Under the pieces are notes generated by a model. That model was not told where the DNA came from. It saw nothing but the letters and a program-made list of their open reading frames with translations, and searched no databases. From Camelus dromedarius (Eukaryota): a stretch of 64,000 bases of DNA. Both the position numbers and the translations under genes were made by a program. Each line of letters starts with the position of its first letter. Position 1 is the stretch's first letter. The stretch lies in contig NC_087437.1 of the NCBI RefSeq assembly GCF_036321535.1, forward strand, positions 85,066,001-85,130,000, read 5' to 3'. Positions 1 to 12,700 of this stretch are shown here, piece by piece.

Positions 1-2479
1 TTATTTTGATAAATTATATTTTCTAGTAAAGATTTACCACATAGTATAGCTGAAATTGACCTTTTGAGGTCATCTCATCAGATACCTGTCTCCTATAAAA
101 ATCAACTTGAACCTGAATCTCTCCTATACTTGAAAATCTCTAGAAAATGAGAATCATATACTGCTCTTCTAAATAAATGGTTACAGATTTCTGAAGAATT
201 TTGTTTTTAATCAAAATACATAATGGCAGTGCTTATATTTAATGTGATATTTCAGTCACAAGTTAGACTTCACATAAATTGTTTGCTAATAAGTCGAGCA
301 GCCTTAATTTTTCTGTCATTGCAATTCTAGAAGAAGTCAGAAGACTCACCCTCTAAGGAAAGCACATATGCAATTTAAAGCCATTGCGTGACTACTTTTC
401 CCTTGGGCAGTGTAATGCTCAGCTGAACATTGAAGACACTAGACTGTCATGGGAACGAGATGATAGGGAAAATGTAGTTAAAAGGCAGAGGCAGTTTTGT
501 AAAGTTCAGCACCTTTAAGTTTCTCAAAAGGAAGAGTATGGCTTACTGTCATAAGCAGTAAATAACATGAATGAGAGCACATCTTGTTCCTAAAAGGGCA
601 TCAATAAAGAATCAAATTAATAACACACAGACAACACTAAAAACAGTATCTCTGGCCTTCTCACCAGTTGTACAAAGTCCACTGGTTTTGCATAAACAAT
701 CACAAGAGATTTTTCTTCATTCTCGTACTGTATAACTCATTACTCAGCCACGAACTTTTAATAGAATTGAGATAAAATTGCAGTGCAGACTTATATATAT
801 TTAAATTCTTCCAAAAACATAATTTTTTTTTCAGGAGGAAAAAAAACAGTTAAAACTTATATTTCCAATAGTTGCAAAGTCTTTTTTACCTTAGCATTTT
901 CCAAGTTACCTTATATTTTAAAATATTGACACACCGTTGTGAAAGGCAATAGTTCCACCACTTTTTAATTGTTTGAACTTGGAAAAGTGAATGAGATGCT
1001 TTAACCTTTATTTCTTCTCTTGTTATATGAGGAAAATAATAGCATACCCAGGTGACACGAGTGAAGACTGAGTGAAATTTGGTCACATGGTCCCAGGAAA
1101 TAATGAACAATAATAAATAGTGAATATCATTATGAGCGTTTCTTTTACTTTATGTAAAAACATGCATGTATTACATAAATGCAAACTATTTTAAACTTAC
1201 CTTTTTAAATTTCCTTTTTTTTTGTTTCTTTTTTCCCCTCCTGAATATTCTCCTGCCATCTCTCTCCAGTAGTATTTAGTAATAGGGTATGTCCACTATA
1301 TTATTTTCATTCTTATATAACTCTGTAGAGGTTTATATTATACACACCCATATATATATATATCTCATGTCTTTCAGTTTACAGTTTTACAAAAGTAGGA
1401 TTGTGTTATTTACATTATGCTACTTTATTCTTCCACTCAAAAATAACTTACAGAAATTCCTCTAGGTCATGTGAGATAGGTCTCAGACTTTATTTTAACT
1501 TTATTTGACTGTACAATGTTCCCTGGAATACATAGTCCTTCCTTGAAAGCTGAGTATTCACTGTGTTTTAAAAATATTTTTTACCTCTATTACAAAATTA
1601 TATACTAAAATGTTTAAATTTTAACAATTTGTGCTTTCATTTGTATGAGTTACCACATCAGGTTTGGGATGTCTGTGTTAAAATGCACATGGTTATTTAG
1701 TTTTAATTGATGCTCTCAGGTTGGAGACAACCCTAGAATATAAATCCACAAGGGGCTTTATTTCTGTTCCATAATATGTCCCAAGTGTCCAGTAGAGTGT
1801 CTGGAACTTTCTGTAATTGTCCAGCAGTGTATCCAAAATGCTTAGAAGAATAATTATAATTTTTTATGTTCAATACACATCTCTTGAATAATGAACAAAA
1901 AGAATATACTTCTTCATACTTCCAATAGCAATATGCTAGTCTCTCTTATGCTCCATCCACCCCACCAGCAGATTTTATCCTATTTTTGTAGATTAAAAAA
2001 AAATGTGAATCTGAGAAAAATAAAGCCTCCTTTATTGTATTTATTTTACATTGTCCTAATACATTTAGCATTTCCAATTTTCTTTTGCAATTGCCTTGTT
2101 ATTCTGTGAATTATTAATTAGAATTCTATCATTTTATTTTTTATATTTTTTTCTTCTCAATTTGCAAGGGATCTCTTTTACTGTAGAGATAATTCTTTAT
2201 CCTTCATCTATCTTATGCATGTACTTTTGGTCTGTCATTGTATATTGAATTTGTTTATGATATTCTTTGCACAGTAAGCATTTTGTTGTTATATTTGTAT
2301 TTCTTATTTTTGCATATTTATATTAGCTAACTTCCTTAAACCACTAAATTATAATAAATGTGCACTTATTCTTTGCTAAGTGCCATTTAAATTATTCATT
2401 TTGGAAATTTAACTCCAGCCTCTAATGCAAACCAAAAAATCTCACGGGAATAAAACTAAAACCTCCAATTACTTTTCTT

Positions 2480-3300
2480 TTTCTTTCGTTCTTTTTTTTT
2501 TCAATTGAATGAGATTCTTTAAATTCTATAGTGCTTTACAATTTTCAGAAGTTTCACAAACATGATTTTATATAATCCCATAACCCTATTTTTTGTAATC
2601 CCTTAACCCTATATTGCCCCTCCCCACTTCCTCCTCCCCACTATTTACCACTAGCTTTTCTCTATATCTGAGCCTGCTTTTTTTGTTGTTTTATTCACTA
2701 GTTTGTTGTATTTTTAGATTCCACATATAGGTGATACCATACAGTATTTGTCTTTCTCTTGTCTGACTTATTTTGCTTAGCATAATGCCCTCCAAGTCCA
2801 TCTATGCTACTGCAAATGTCAAAATTGTATTCTTTTTTATGGCTGAGTAGTATTCCACTGTGTGTGTGTGCACACCACATCTTTATTTATTCATCTGTTG
2901 ATGATCATTTAGATTTCTTCCATTCCTTGGCAATTGTAAATAACACTGCTATTAACATTGGGGTGCATGTATCTTTTGAACTAGTGGGTTTTTTTTTTCA
3001 GGTATAAACCCAGGATTGGAATTGCTGGGTCATATAGTAGTTTTATTTTTATTTTTCTGAGAAATCTTTGTACTGTTTTTCACAGTGGCTGCTGTAATTT
3101 ACATTCCTACCAACAGTGTACGGTGGGTCCATTTTCTCCATATCCTTGACAACATTTGTTATTTGTGTTCTTTTTGATGATAGCCATTCTGAGAGGTGTG
3201 AGGTGAGATCTCATTGTGGTTTTGCATTTCCCTGATAATTAGTGATGTTGAACATCTTTTCATGTGCCTGTTGGCCATCTGCAGTTCCTCTTTGGAAAAA
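2480..3300 (-). mobile_element. LINE-1 3' fragment (3' UTR plus end of ORF2), 5'-truncated
   Basis: T-rich tail at about 2473-2501, then typical antisense L1 3' sequence (e.g. cattctgagaggtgtgaggtgagatctcattgtggttttgcatttccctgat); similar to the copies at 8.8-9.6, 28.2-28.9 and 54.5-55.4 kb; possible TSD tacttttctt (2470-2479) / tacgtttctt (3301-3310). Confidence 0.92.
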
Positions 3301-4294
3301 TACGTTTCTTCATAGGATTCTGCTTCTTTAACTAGAAACTGCTTTGTAAATCTTTAAATAATTTAATCAGTCATTGTTAAATTTGAGTTATTAATAAACT
3401 TGAGTCTTACTATGTCTTTATTTTGTCCTTAAGACTAAATGATATTAGTTTATTTTTTTCATGTCTTTGTTTTTAATTTTCTGAAGTTTTCTTATGCAAA
3501 TATCGATTGGTAGCTTCATTTTATCTATGGAAAATTTAAACAGATTGTGTATAATGTTGTGTACCTTCTGTGGAAGTAACATACTTAAATGGTGTACTTT
3601 AATAAATAACATACAAATGGGATAAAAAATTTTGCATGATAAAATATCATTACTATTTTATTATTTCTGATGTTTCTATATTCATTCTTATAGCATTAAT
3701 AGTATTTAATTGAATAATGCTTTCAAATTACCATATAGCAAAATTAATTCTTAAATATAATGTTTTGTTTAAGATATGTGGAACTAAAATGCATATGAAT
3801 TTAACTGTGTTGGTGTACGTATGTGTATATATAAATATATATAAATACAGATATGTATATATATACACATACATACACATTAAACTTTGATGATGCCTAA
3901 TAATGGTGATAATATAGAATTTGAATTAACAGAGGATCATTAATCTTTTTCTCAAATGATTTCTTTCCATTTCATGTTATTTGTGTTTATTTCAGAGCTG
4001 CTACATTGACTAGTTAAAATTTCTTTCTTTCTTTTGGCATTCCTTTGAATACTGTCTGCTAAAATTGCATATAAAAAGAAATAATGGATGTCAGCAGAAA
4101 TTAAAACAAGTAGTAAAATTAATACTTTAAAAATTGAGCAATGTCATCACTGAGAATACATATTAAAGGATACATAGAATATAAAAATATTACTGTGATC
4201 ATAAACCAAGGTAGTTTTATATACCTAAATCCCATCTCTCCAAAATATTTAGTTACCCTTTATTGTATTGACATTTCTGAGACTTTAAAAGTAT

Positions 4295-4910
4295 TTTATT
4301 CATTTATTCATTTAGTCATTATTCATTAGGTAAATGCTTATTGAAAATAAGCTCTGTGGTAATTTTTGGAACTATCATGGTGACCAAGACATAAATGACC
4401 AGAAAGCATAAAATCTAGCAGAACTCTGGACAGATGTTGAAAAATGTATTTTATAATATGATAAAGGTGATGAAAGCAGTGAACATTGTTACTGTATCAG
4501 ATAAGAAAGAGACCATCTTTAGTGTGGAAGGTAATCAAGAAACTCCCTACAGAGAAGTAAGAGAACAAGTGTAGGAGTTGATCAGGTTTTCTTTTCTCTC
4601 TCTATCAAGAGGAAACAGTAAAAGCCAATAATAAACATAGAAATATTGGATAAACTGAAACAATAAGATAAATATAAACATAAATATGGGATAAATATAA
4701 GTGTAACTGAAGAAAGGGTGTAAAGAAATGAAAGAAATCCTTTTCAGCTAAAATGGTAAACTGAGCAGTATGTAGAGGCATTTTTATTTTATCATAAAAA
4801 CCGTGTGATATCATTGATGAAACAGATGTGGTCAGACTTTTATTAGTCATAGCTCTCTGTCAACAGGGTGGAGAATGAATTAGAGCCAGTAAGAGTAGAA
4901 TTATCTACTG
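4295..4910 (+). mobile_element. Ancient L2 LINE fragment
   Basis: Begins with an (ATTC)n-like L2 terminus (ttattcatttattcatttagtcattattcattaggtaaatgcttattga) followed by purine-rich, degenerate L2-like sequence. Boundaries approximate; strand is that of the visible motif. Confidence 0.5.
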
Positions 4911-7083
4911 TGAAAAATAGAGAAAGCATGGAAAAAGGATATCATGTTATTATAAACATCTCTCTCTTGTATCTATATGTATTATTATAATTTATCTACA
5001 AAATGATAGTTATTATCTACAGAAAAATATAGATATAAAATATACACCATCTTCCAATTGTGCGACAAAATTATTTTCTTAATAAACTTTCATTTAGGAT
5101 TTTCCAAAGTAGGCAGTTTTTGGATTGAAACACACAAGAAAGTCACTTTTTCAATTATATTTGATTTTGTCCTAATTTCAAGGCTATGATTAATCCAGGC
5201 CAAGCAATAGTCAGTGGATACAAAGCAGAAAAATTCTGTCAAATACTTTTAATTTCCAGATTCCATCTAGTTTTTTTTTTTTAATGCTACAGTTATTTTC
5301 TCAAAGACACTCTGACATTTTGACAAATTTGTGGTAGGATCTCTATTTCTCTTGCAAACAAAATGCATTTCATTCTAATCATTGATCATTTCCCTCCAGG
5401 TGCTGATAAGCTTTCTTTGAATAACTGCAGTCATTTGACTCAGTGTCATAGACATTGACTTTTTGTCATTTTATTTGAACATATCCATAGTCTAAATATG
5501 GAATTTTTATAGTTTTCTTAATAATAATACCTCATAATTAAAATAAATTTAGTCAGTGGTGCTATAATTTATTTTGATGGTCCCCCAGTGCATTGTCCTT
5601 GTTAAGTGGTTACTTCCTAGGTAATTCCTTGATATTAACAACATACATTAAATATGACATATTTACTAAATAGAAAAGCCACCTATATTTAAATTGAACA
5701 GTTTTGCTGTGTATACTAAACTATGACTGTGGCTTTCCATAATTTTAATAAAAATGTATAACATTGTTTTAAAGTATTTATGTACCTTGCATATTTATAT
5801 AAATATATAACTATAAATATAGAAATGCTTTTTCTCAACCAATATTGTATTGAAAGTAACTAAAATGAACAAATTTTGCAACACAATTGTGGTTCTTATG
5901 TATGCTGTGCTTTATTACTTCTCATCATTGGGGAAATGAATCCTTTCTTATTTTTCTACGCATTTACAAAATTTAATTGCTTGCTCGATGTTCTCACTCT
6001 CACACATTCTTTTTTCCTGTTGTATTTGGATTGCTTATCTATTTAGTGCCATCCTTGACATATTTTGATTTAAGAGTTCACAGTAATTTCATATCCTGAT
6101 CTAGGTTTTAGTCTTTTGTATACTGTTGCAGACTTTAAAGATAACATTTTCCTGTTATCAGCGATCTACGATTTATAAGACATACACCACCTTACATAAG
6201 TCACATATCTAACTTTGAGTGTGACTAGATTTTTCAAAATGATAAACCAGTTTGAATGTAAGTAGGTCTTCTGTGCATTTTAATGTTTCTTATAACACCC
6301 CTTTTGTTGTATACAAACCTGAGGGGCAAAACATCATAATTTTGCAGCTACAGAATCTTAGCAATACAAAACTGGGAATGCAAACTACTTAGAAACATAA
6401 ATATCCCATGCATTAAGCCAAGAGCAGAAGTTAGGCTAACAAAGTTAGATGAACAATGCAATGCAGAGTTCAAAAGTTGTGGACTCACCATTTGTCAGTC
6501 ATTGGAAAAAAACCAGGATATTCAGTCTTGCAGAAGATACATGAATTCAGCAAATCCATTCAAGGAGGTGATTTTCCAGTGAAAAGTTAGACAAGCTTGA
6601 CTCAAGGAGCACCCATGACAGTAGTCTAGGCGAAAAGGAGATAGGTAGAGCATGGTGCAAACACAAAAGGAAGATACTAGAGAAAACAAGATGAGTTTTA
6701 AAATTTGAGGCAACCGATAAATTGGGCAGATATTCAGGTTTCAAAAGGGCTAGAATACCTGATGAGGAATCCTTGGGGTTTTAAGGACACAGATTACATC
6801 TTCAAGTTACGTGAATGAGGGAATAAACATTACACAGCCAACTCCTCAAAAGATAGCTAGAGTACAAATTAAGTGTATACATACATATGTTTACACATTC
6901 ATGTATAGATATATAAAGACAAATAAATACATGAGTTAATGAATAAATGAAAAAAAATAGTGAAGTAACCAACAGTCATGAAGTGGCATACACTAAGTGC
7001 TCAATAAATGTAAGAATCCCAAATTTACCATCATTATGCTCCTCATAGTATTACAAAGCTGATACAAAATATTGGCAGCTTTT

Positions 7084-7570
7084 TGTATTAGACATAACAT
7101 TAGCCTCCCAAATATATCCTCACCCTACTTTCTGGAATCTGTGAATATGTTAAGTTAGACAATGGAGAATAGAGATTGCAGATGGATTCAACTAATCTTG
7201 AGATGGGAAATTAACCTGAATTACCTGATTGGGATCAATGTGATCACAAGTTTCCTTAAAGTGGAAGAGGGAGGAAGAATTTGTGTCAGGGTGATATTAT
7301 ATGAGAAAGCTTTTATTGGCTATTACTGACTTTGAAGTTACAAGGAGTTAACAAAGGATGGGGGTAACTTCCAGAAACTGGAACAGTCAAGAAATCAGAT
7401 TATCCCATAGAATCTCCAAAAAGGAATGTAGCTGGGTGGACACCTTGATTTTAGCCCAGTGAAATCCATTTCAAATTTATGGCCTCCAAAACTTTAACTA
7501 ACACAGTTGTGTTATCTTAGACCATTACATTTATGGTAATTTGTTATACCAGAATTAGGAGCCTGATGCA
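7084..7570 (+). mobile_element. MaLR solo LTR (MLT1D-like)
   Basis: TG...CA ends; MLT1-type motifs ctggaatctgtgaatatgtta, ttgcagatggatt, caccttgattttagcccagtgaaa and tatggtaatttgttatac. Confidence 0.8.
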
Positions 7571-8139
7571 TCGCCGTTCCTCTCTCACTTTTTTGATTTC
7601 TGGCATTGTCTGTGTTCCAATTTAGAAGCTAAAAGTACAAAATATTTGAAGTTCTATAAACTCTTGGAGCTAGGGCATTAGTATGTGACCCATTTTTGAC
7701 CGACAATTCTTGAGAAATGAAATTAGAATAACAAACTCTGGAAAGAATGTTTCTTTCTTAAGAAAATAGATCCAAAAAAGAAACGACAGAAACAAAGAAA
7801 CAACAGGTGGGGAATCACTGGAGTTTTAAGGACACAGATTAATTCAGTATTTTTTGTCTGGATTGGTCCTGTGTATATGTGATGTCTATGAATGACAACT
7901 GAGGACGAGGAATCAATCCAACTGATGAATAGCTATTTACTGGGAATCTGTATTAATACATTTTTCTGAATTTATCTTAAATAGTAATCTTAAACGCTAT
8001 AAAAATTAGATAAGGTTAGTGTGCTGTGACTTTATTTTAATGAATCATTGCTAAACACTGATTTTTATGAGGGGGTCACATATTTTTAATGCTGTGTCTT
8101 AAAACCTTGCAATGGCATCATTGTAAGATTTTCTGTTCA

Positions 8140-8835
8140 TTTCCCTAATGATTAGTGATGTTGGGCATCTTTTCATGTGCCTGTTGGCCATCTGCATTTC
8201 TTCCTTGGAAAAATATCTTTTCAGTACCTCTGCCAATTTTTAATTGGGCTCTTTAGTTTTCTTTTGATGTTGAGTTTTATGAGCTGTTGATAAATGTTGG
8301 ATATTAACCCCTTACCAGTAATATAACTTACAAATACTTCTCCCATTCAGTAGGTTGTCTTTTCCTTTTGTCTATAGTTTCCTTTGCTGTGCAAAAGCTT
8401 TTAAGTTTAATTAGGTCCCGTCTGTTTATTTTTGCTTTCATTTACTTTGCTTTAGGAGACAGATCCAAAAAATATTGCTACGATTTATGTCAAAGAGTGT
8501 TCTGCCTATGTTTTCAACTAGGAGTTTTATGGTTTCAGATCTTACATTTAGGTCTTTAATCCATTTTGAATTTATTTTTGTATATAATGTTAGAGAATGT
8601 TCTAATTTCATTCTTTAGCATATAGCTTTCCAGTTTTCCCAACACTTATTGAAGAGACTGTCTTTTCTCTATTGTATAGTCTTGCCTCCTTTGTCATAGA
8701 TTCGTTGATCCTAAGTACCTGGATTTATTTCTGGGCTCTCTATTCTGTTCCTTTGAGCTATGTGTCTATTTTTGTGCCAGTACCATACTGTTTTGATTAC
8801 TCTAGCTTTGCAGTATAGTCTGAAGTCAGGGAGCA
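8140..8835 (-). mobile_element. LINE-1 ORF2 C-terminal segment: inverted 5' part of a twin-primed insertion
   Basis: Antisense L1 ORF2 sequence (tttgctgtgcaaaagcttttaagtttaattaggtccc...) whose sense-strand end lies just upstream of where the adjacent plus-strand segment starts. Confidence 0.92.
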
Positions 8836-9639
8836 ATAAGACATTCCCTCACACCTATCAGAATGGCAGTCATCAAGAAGAACATAAGTAACAAATGTTT
8901 GCCAGGATGTGGAGAAAAGGGAACCCTGTACACTGTGGGTGAGAATGTAAATTGGTGCAGCTAGTATGGAAGACTGTATAGAGGTTTCTCAAAAAACTAA
9001 AAATAGAACTACCATATGACCCAATAATTACACTCCTGGGTATATATCAGAAAGAAAAAAAAAAAACCACTAATTTGAAAAGATACGTGCACCCCAATGT
9101 TCATAAAACATTGTTCACAATTGCCACGGTATAGAAGCAATCTAAGTGTCCATCAACAGACAAATGGATAAAGAAGATGTGGTATATCATACACAGTGAA
9201 ATACTACTCAACCACAAAAAGTATGACATTTTGACATTTGAAAGAACATGGATAGACTTGTAGGGCATTGTGCTAAGTGAAATAAGTCAACAAAGAAAGA
9301 TAAATACTGTATAATGTCACTTATATGTAAAATTTTAAAAATGCACCAAACTAGTGAATATAACAAAAAAGGAAGCAGATTCACAAATACAGAGGACAAA
9401 CTAGTGGTTACCAGTGGCGGGATGGTGGTGGTGGGGCAATATAGGGCTAGGGGATTAAGTACAAACTATTATGTATAAAATAGGCTGCAAGGGTATATTG
9501 TACAATGTGAGGAATATAGACAATATTTTATAGCTATCAATAGAATATAACTTTAAAAAATTATGAATCACTATATTGTACATGTGTAACGTATAATATT
9601 GTACATCAACTATAAAAAAATAATTCAACAGGGACCAAA
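8836..9639 (+). mobile_element. LINE-1 3' end (ORF2 C-terminus, 3' UTR, A-tail): non-inverted part of the same insertion
   Basis: cctcacacctatcagaatggc...gatgtggagaaaagggaaccc...ttgtacatcaactataaaaaaa; candidate TSD aagattttctgttca (8125-8139) / aaaattttccattca (9640-9654), 12/15 identical. Confidence 0.92.
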
Positions 9640-12024
9640 AAAATTTTCCATTCAAATAGATTTTGGATTCAATATTCTTGTTTGAAAATTGAGATATTTA
9701 CTAATCTTCTGTCTAAAATTCTATCCCAGGATTCTTCAAAGATTTCTGTCTCTAGTTAGGTAGGAAATTTACATATTTCTTTATTCTCTGTAATATAATT
9801 TGATGAACCAAGATATCTGAATGAATTTGGAGTCAGTAAGAGACTTGTTAAATATCTTTATCCATTAATGGTTTCATAAAAGAAAGCTTGCACACATACA
9901 TGAGCCTGCTGACAACAATCTACATTCAAATTTGTATTTTTGTAAGATTTTGTTTGGAAGATTTTATTTTAAGCATCATTTGTTAATAGTTAGGTTTGCC
10001 TGTTTTCTATGGGCTTAAGAATGCAATTATTATCTGCAGTAGAGAATCCCTGCTTAATTCCTTAGACATTTTGGCAGTGGAGTTAATCAAGAATTGATAC
10101 AAGAAAAAATTCCCACTTACACAATTCCAGATGAAATCAGAAAAAATGCATACTAGAAACTTACACTTCAAATGTGGCTCTTTGTATTGTCATGTTTATT
10201 CTTAGAATTACTGTAGCGCTCAGGACAAACTATCTTATTGTGTAATAATATAGGCCTCAGTTTCCAATTCTAGTTACACTCAACGGGCAGGTAGTTATTT
10301 AGGGAGACCATCCTCAGCGAGTGATTGGAGACCCATCTGTTTAAGGGCTGGCTGCCAGTGATAGCCAAAGACAGGGAAGATCCATCATTTTAAGTGGGGG
10401 ATCAATGACTGAGAGTGTACTGTACAAAAGCAAGTCAAGAGAGTGTTATTTTGTATTGGGGAAAAGTCAGAATGATATTGACCCTCTCTAAGTCATGTAG
10501 AATTGGATTTAGGGACACAGTTTTTATTGTGAGTGCTCCATGTAGCTTGTTAAAGTCATTCAAGCAGCAGTAACACAAGGCACTTCAAGTCTCTACCTAT
10601 CATTAAAAAGAATAAAAATATATCCATTCAACCACTCTTCAGAGAAAAAGAAAAAATGTCAATGTTGTATGTCTTTCAATCTCTCCTCTAGAATCTTTTG
10701 AAGTGAAACACACAATACACATTTAATACTCAAATACAATTTTCTCCTATCAAGCAGATGGGTTGTCTACTCGAACAGGATATAGTTCAATCAAGCATGA
10801 AATCATAGACTAGTAAATCAGGAGAGTACTCAAGATATCATCTATAAAATCTTGAATTAAATGTGACCTAGGGAAGCTAAGTGACTGCCTTCATGATTAA
10901 ACAAACAAAAGAGGCTGGTAGAGAACTAAGGTATAATTAGAACTAAATATTCTTCGATTTGCATATTTTCATCTACAATAATATGATGCCATCCCAATTA
11001 GCCATTATCAAATAATTAAACATTTAGGAAAATATGATCATTATATATCAAACAATAACAAAGTAACAAGATAAAGTCCACTTGTGGATAATATAGTGAA
11101 TTGATACCCAATATTCATCTCTTCTCATGCTATACTGCAAAGGCTGAAGACTGAAAAATTCAGTTCCCTAGAATTTCTTGACACTAGTATTTCATATGTT
11201 ACTAAAAGCTCAGCCGGTTGGATAAGCTCACGCATGTTTGGGAAGTTGATACTAGACAAAGACTGTACTTTTGCAAGCGGTATCATTTGGTGTTCTCTAG
11301 TAACATCAGTCAAGACCTTTGTTTCCATCCATGGGTGTTGAGATGCAGGCTTAAATTCTGTCTGGATCTAACAGGCATGGTCCACTTCTATAGCCAATAA
11401 TTGTGGTGGGACCATACTCAGGCCTACATTACAACTAGTGTTCCTGTGGTCAAGTGCAGTGGTTCTCCTTGATTGTGGCAGATTCCCCAGCCTTCCAGTT
11501 TAGTGTTTTTTTGTCATGCATCATTCTTGGATGCCCAATTAATGAAAAGTATGCTCTTTTAGCCTTCTAACAATTTAATAAGCACATATTTTCCTTGATT
11601 AAATACATTTCTCTCTTTCCACCTGAAATAGTTGGTATTTGTTACTTATAATTAAACCTTGACTAACGTAAAATTTTTGGTGTATCCAACATTTGCTAAA
11701 ATATTCCAATAAAAGGATATGAATTAAGACTTGAATATGAAAAGAAGGCTTCACAAAAGAAATAGATTTAAAGTTAGACTCTAAGACAGGTAAGATTCTG
11801 ATAGCCTAAGGGATGAGAAAATTCCAATTCAGATGTGAGAACTAACCTGAATTTACGGCAGCAAGAATAAACTGGCATACATCTACTTTTCAACCATGTA
11901 CTGAATGCCCTTTGTATGCCAAGTAGTTTGAGTACAGTGAATTTTAATCACTGTTAACCCTGGCTTAAATATATTAGAGACTATATTTGGGAGAAAAAAA
12001 TCTTTCTATCTATATCTATCTATA

Positions 12025-12700
12025 AAATAAACACCTTTTTACATGAGCTAAGATATAAGGTTTTATTTGCCTTTCTGGGCATTGACCTTCCTCAGATAGA
12101 ACTCTAGCTCCTTGCTCTATAGCACTTAGCCATCTGCTTGGCCCCACTGGCCTGGTCTTGACGCAATGCATGCAAGAAACTTGCCTTGCTGGAATTGCTC
12201 CCCTAGAAGACTGCTAATTTTGGCAGTCTTTTTCCTTTCATCACATTTCTTCTGAATTTTCTTTGATCGTTTTTTGTTTAAAATCTCTTCTTACTCAGGA
12301 GTCAGCTTGGCCTCCTTCTTGCCACCCAGGGGCAGTGCATAGTGGGACTCTACCACTGTCTGTATATCAATGAGCACGATGCAATTCTTCACTAGGGTCT
12401 TGGTAGGGACCAGTTCATTGTTGGGTGCATGGTAGACAGTATCCATAACCCCTGTCCTGTGCAGGCAACACTCAGAGCCCCAGGACAAGTTCCCCACGTG
12501 CAGCCTCAAAGCCCAATATTTCTTGTTGCCTCCCTGCACACAGACTGTGTGTATGCAGCAGGGCCAATCTTGGTATTGGCGAGGGACATCCCAGGTCATA
12601 CTTCTGCTTCTTGTGGTAGGTTTTTTTTTTGTCCCTGGTCTTGCGGTACTTGTGCCATTTGTTCAAGAGATGCCCATCACTCGTGGCTGGCTGGAAAGAA
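12025..12700 (-). pseudogene. RPS8: Processed pseudogene of 40S ribosomal protein S8 (eS8)
   Basis: Intronless. Former CDS about 12677-12063: ATG GGC ATC TCT (MGIS), then WHK.RKT...[66 protein letters not shown], ending ...ARKGK*. Pyrimidine-rich 5' leader (ttctttccagcc) and 3' UTR remnant (catgtaaaaaggtgtttatt). TGA at codon 5 plus frameshifts. Confidence 0.96.

Noticed and set aside
5385..5450. Splice-acceptor-like tract followed by GATA and AP-1 (tgactca) motifs
   Set aside because: Short motifs expected by chance in 64 kb; no supportable exon or other evidence.
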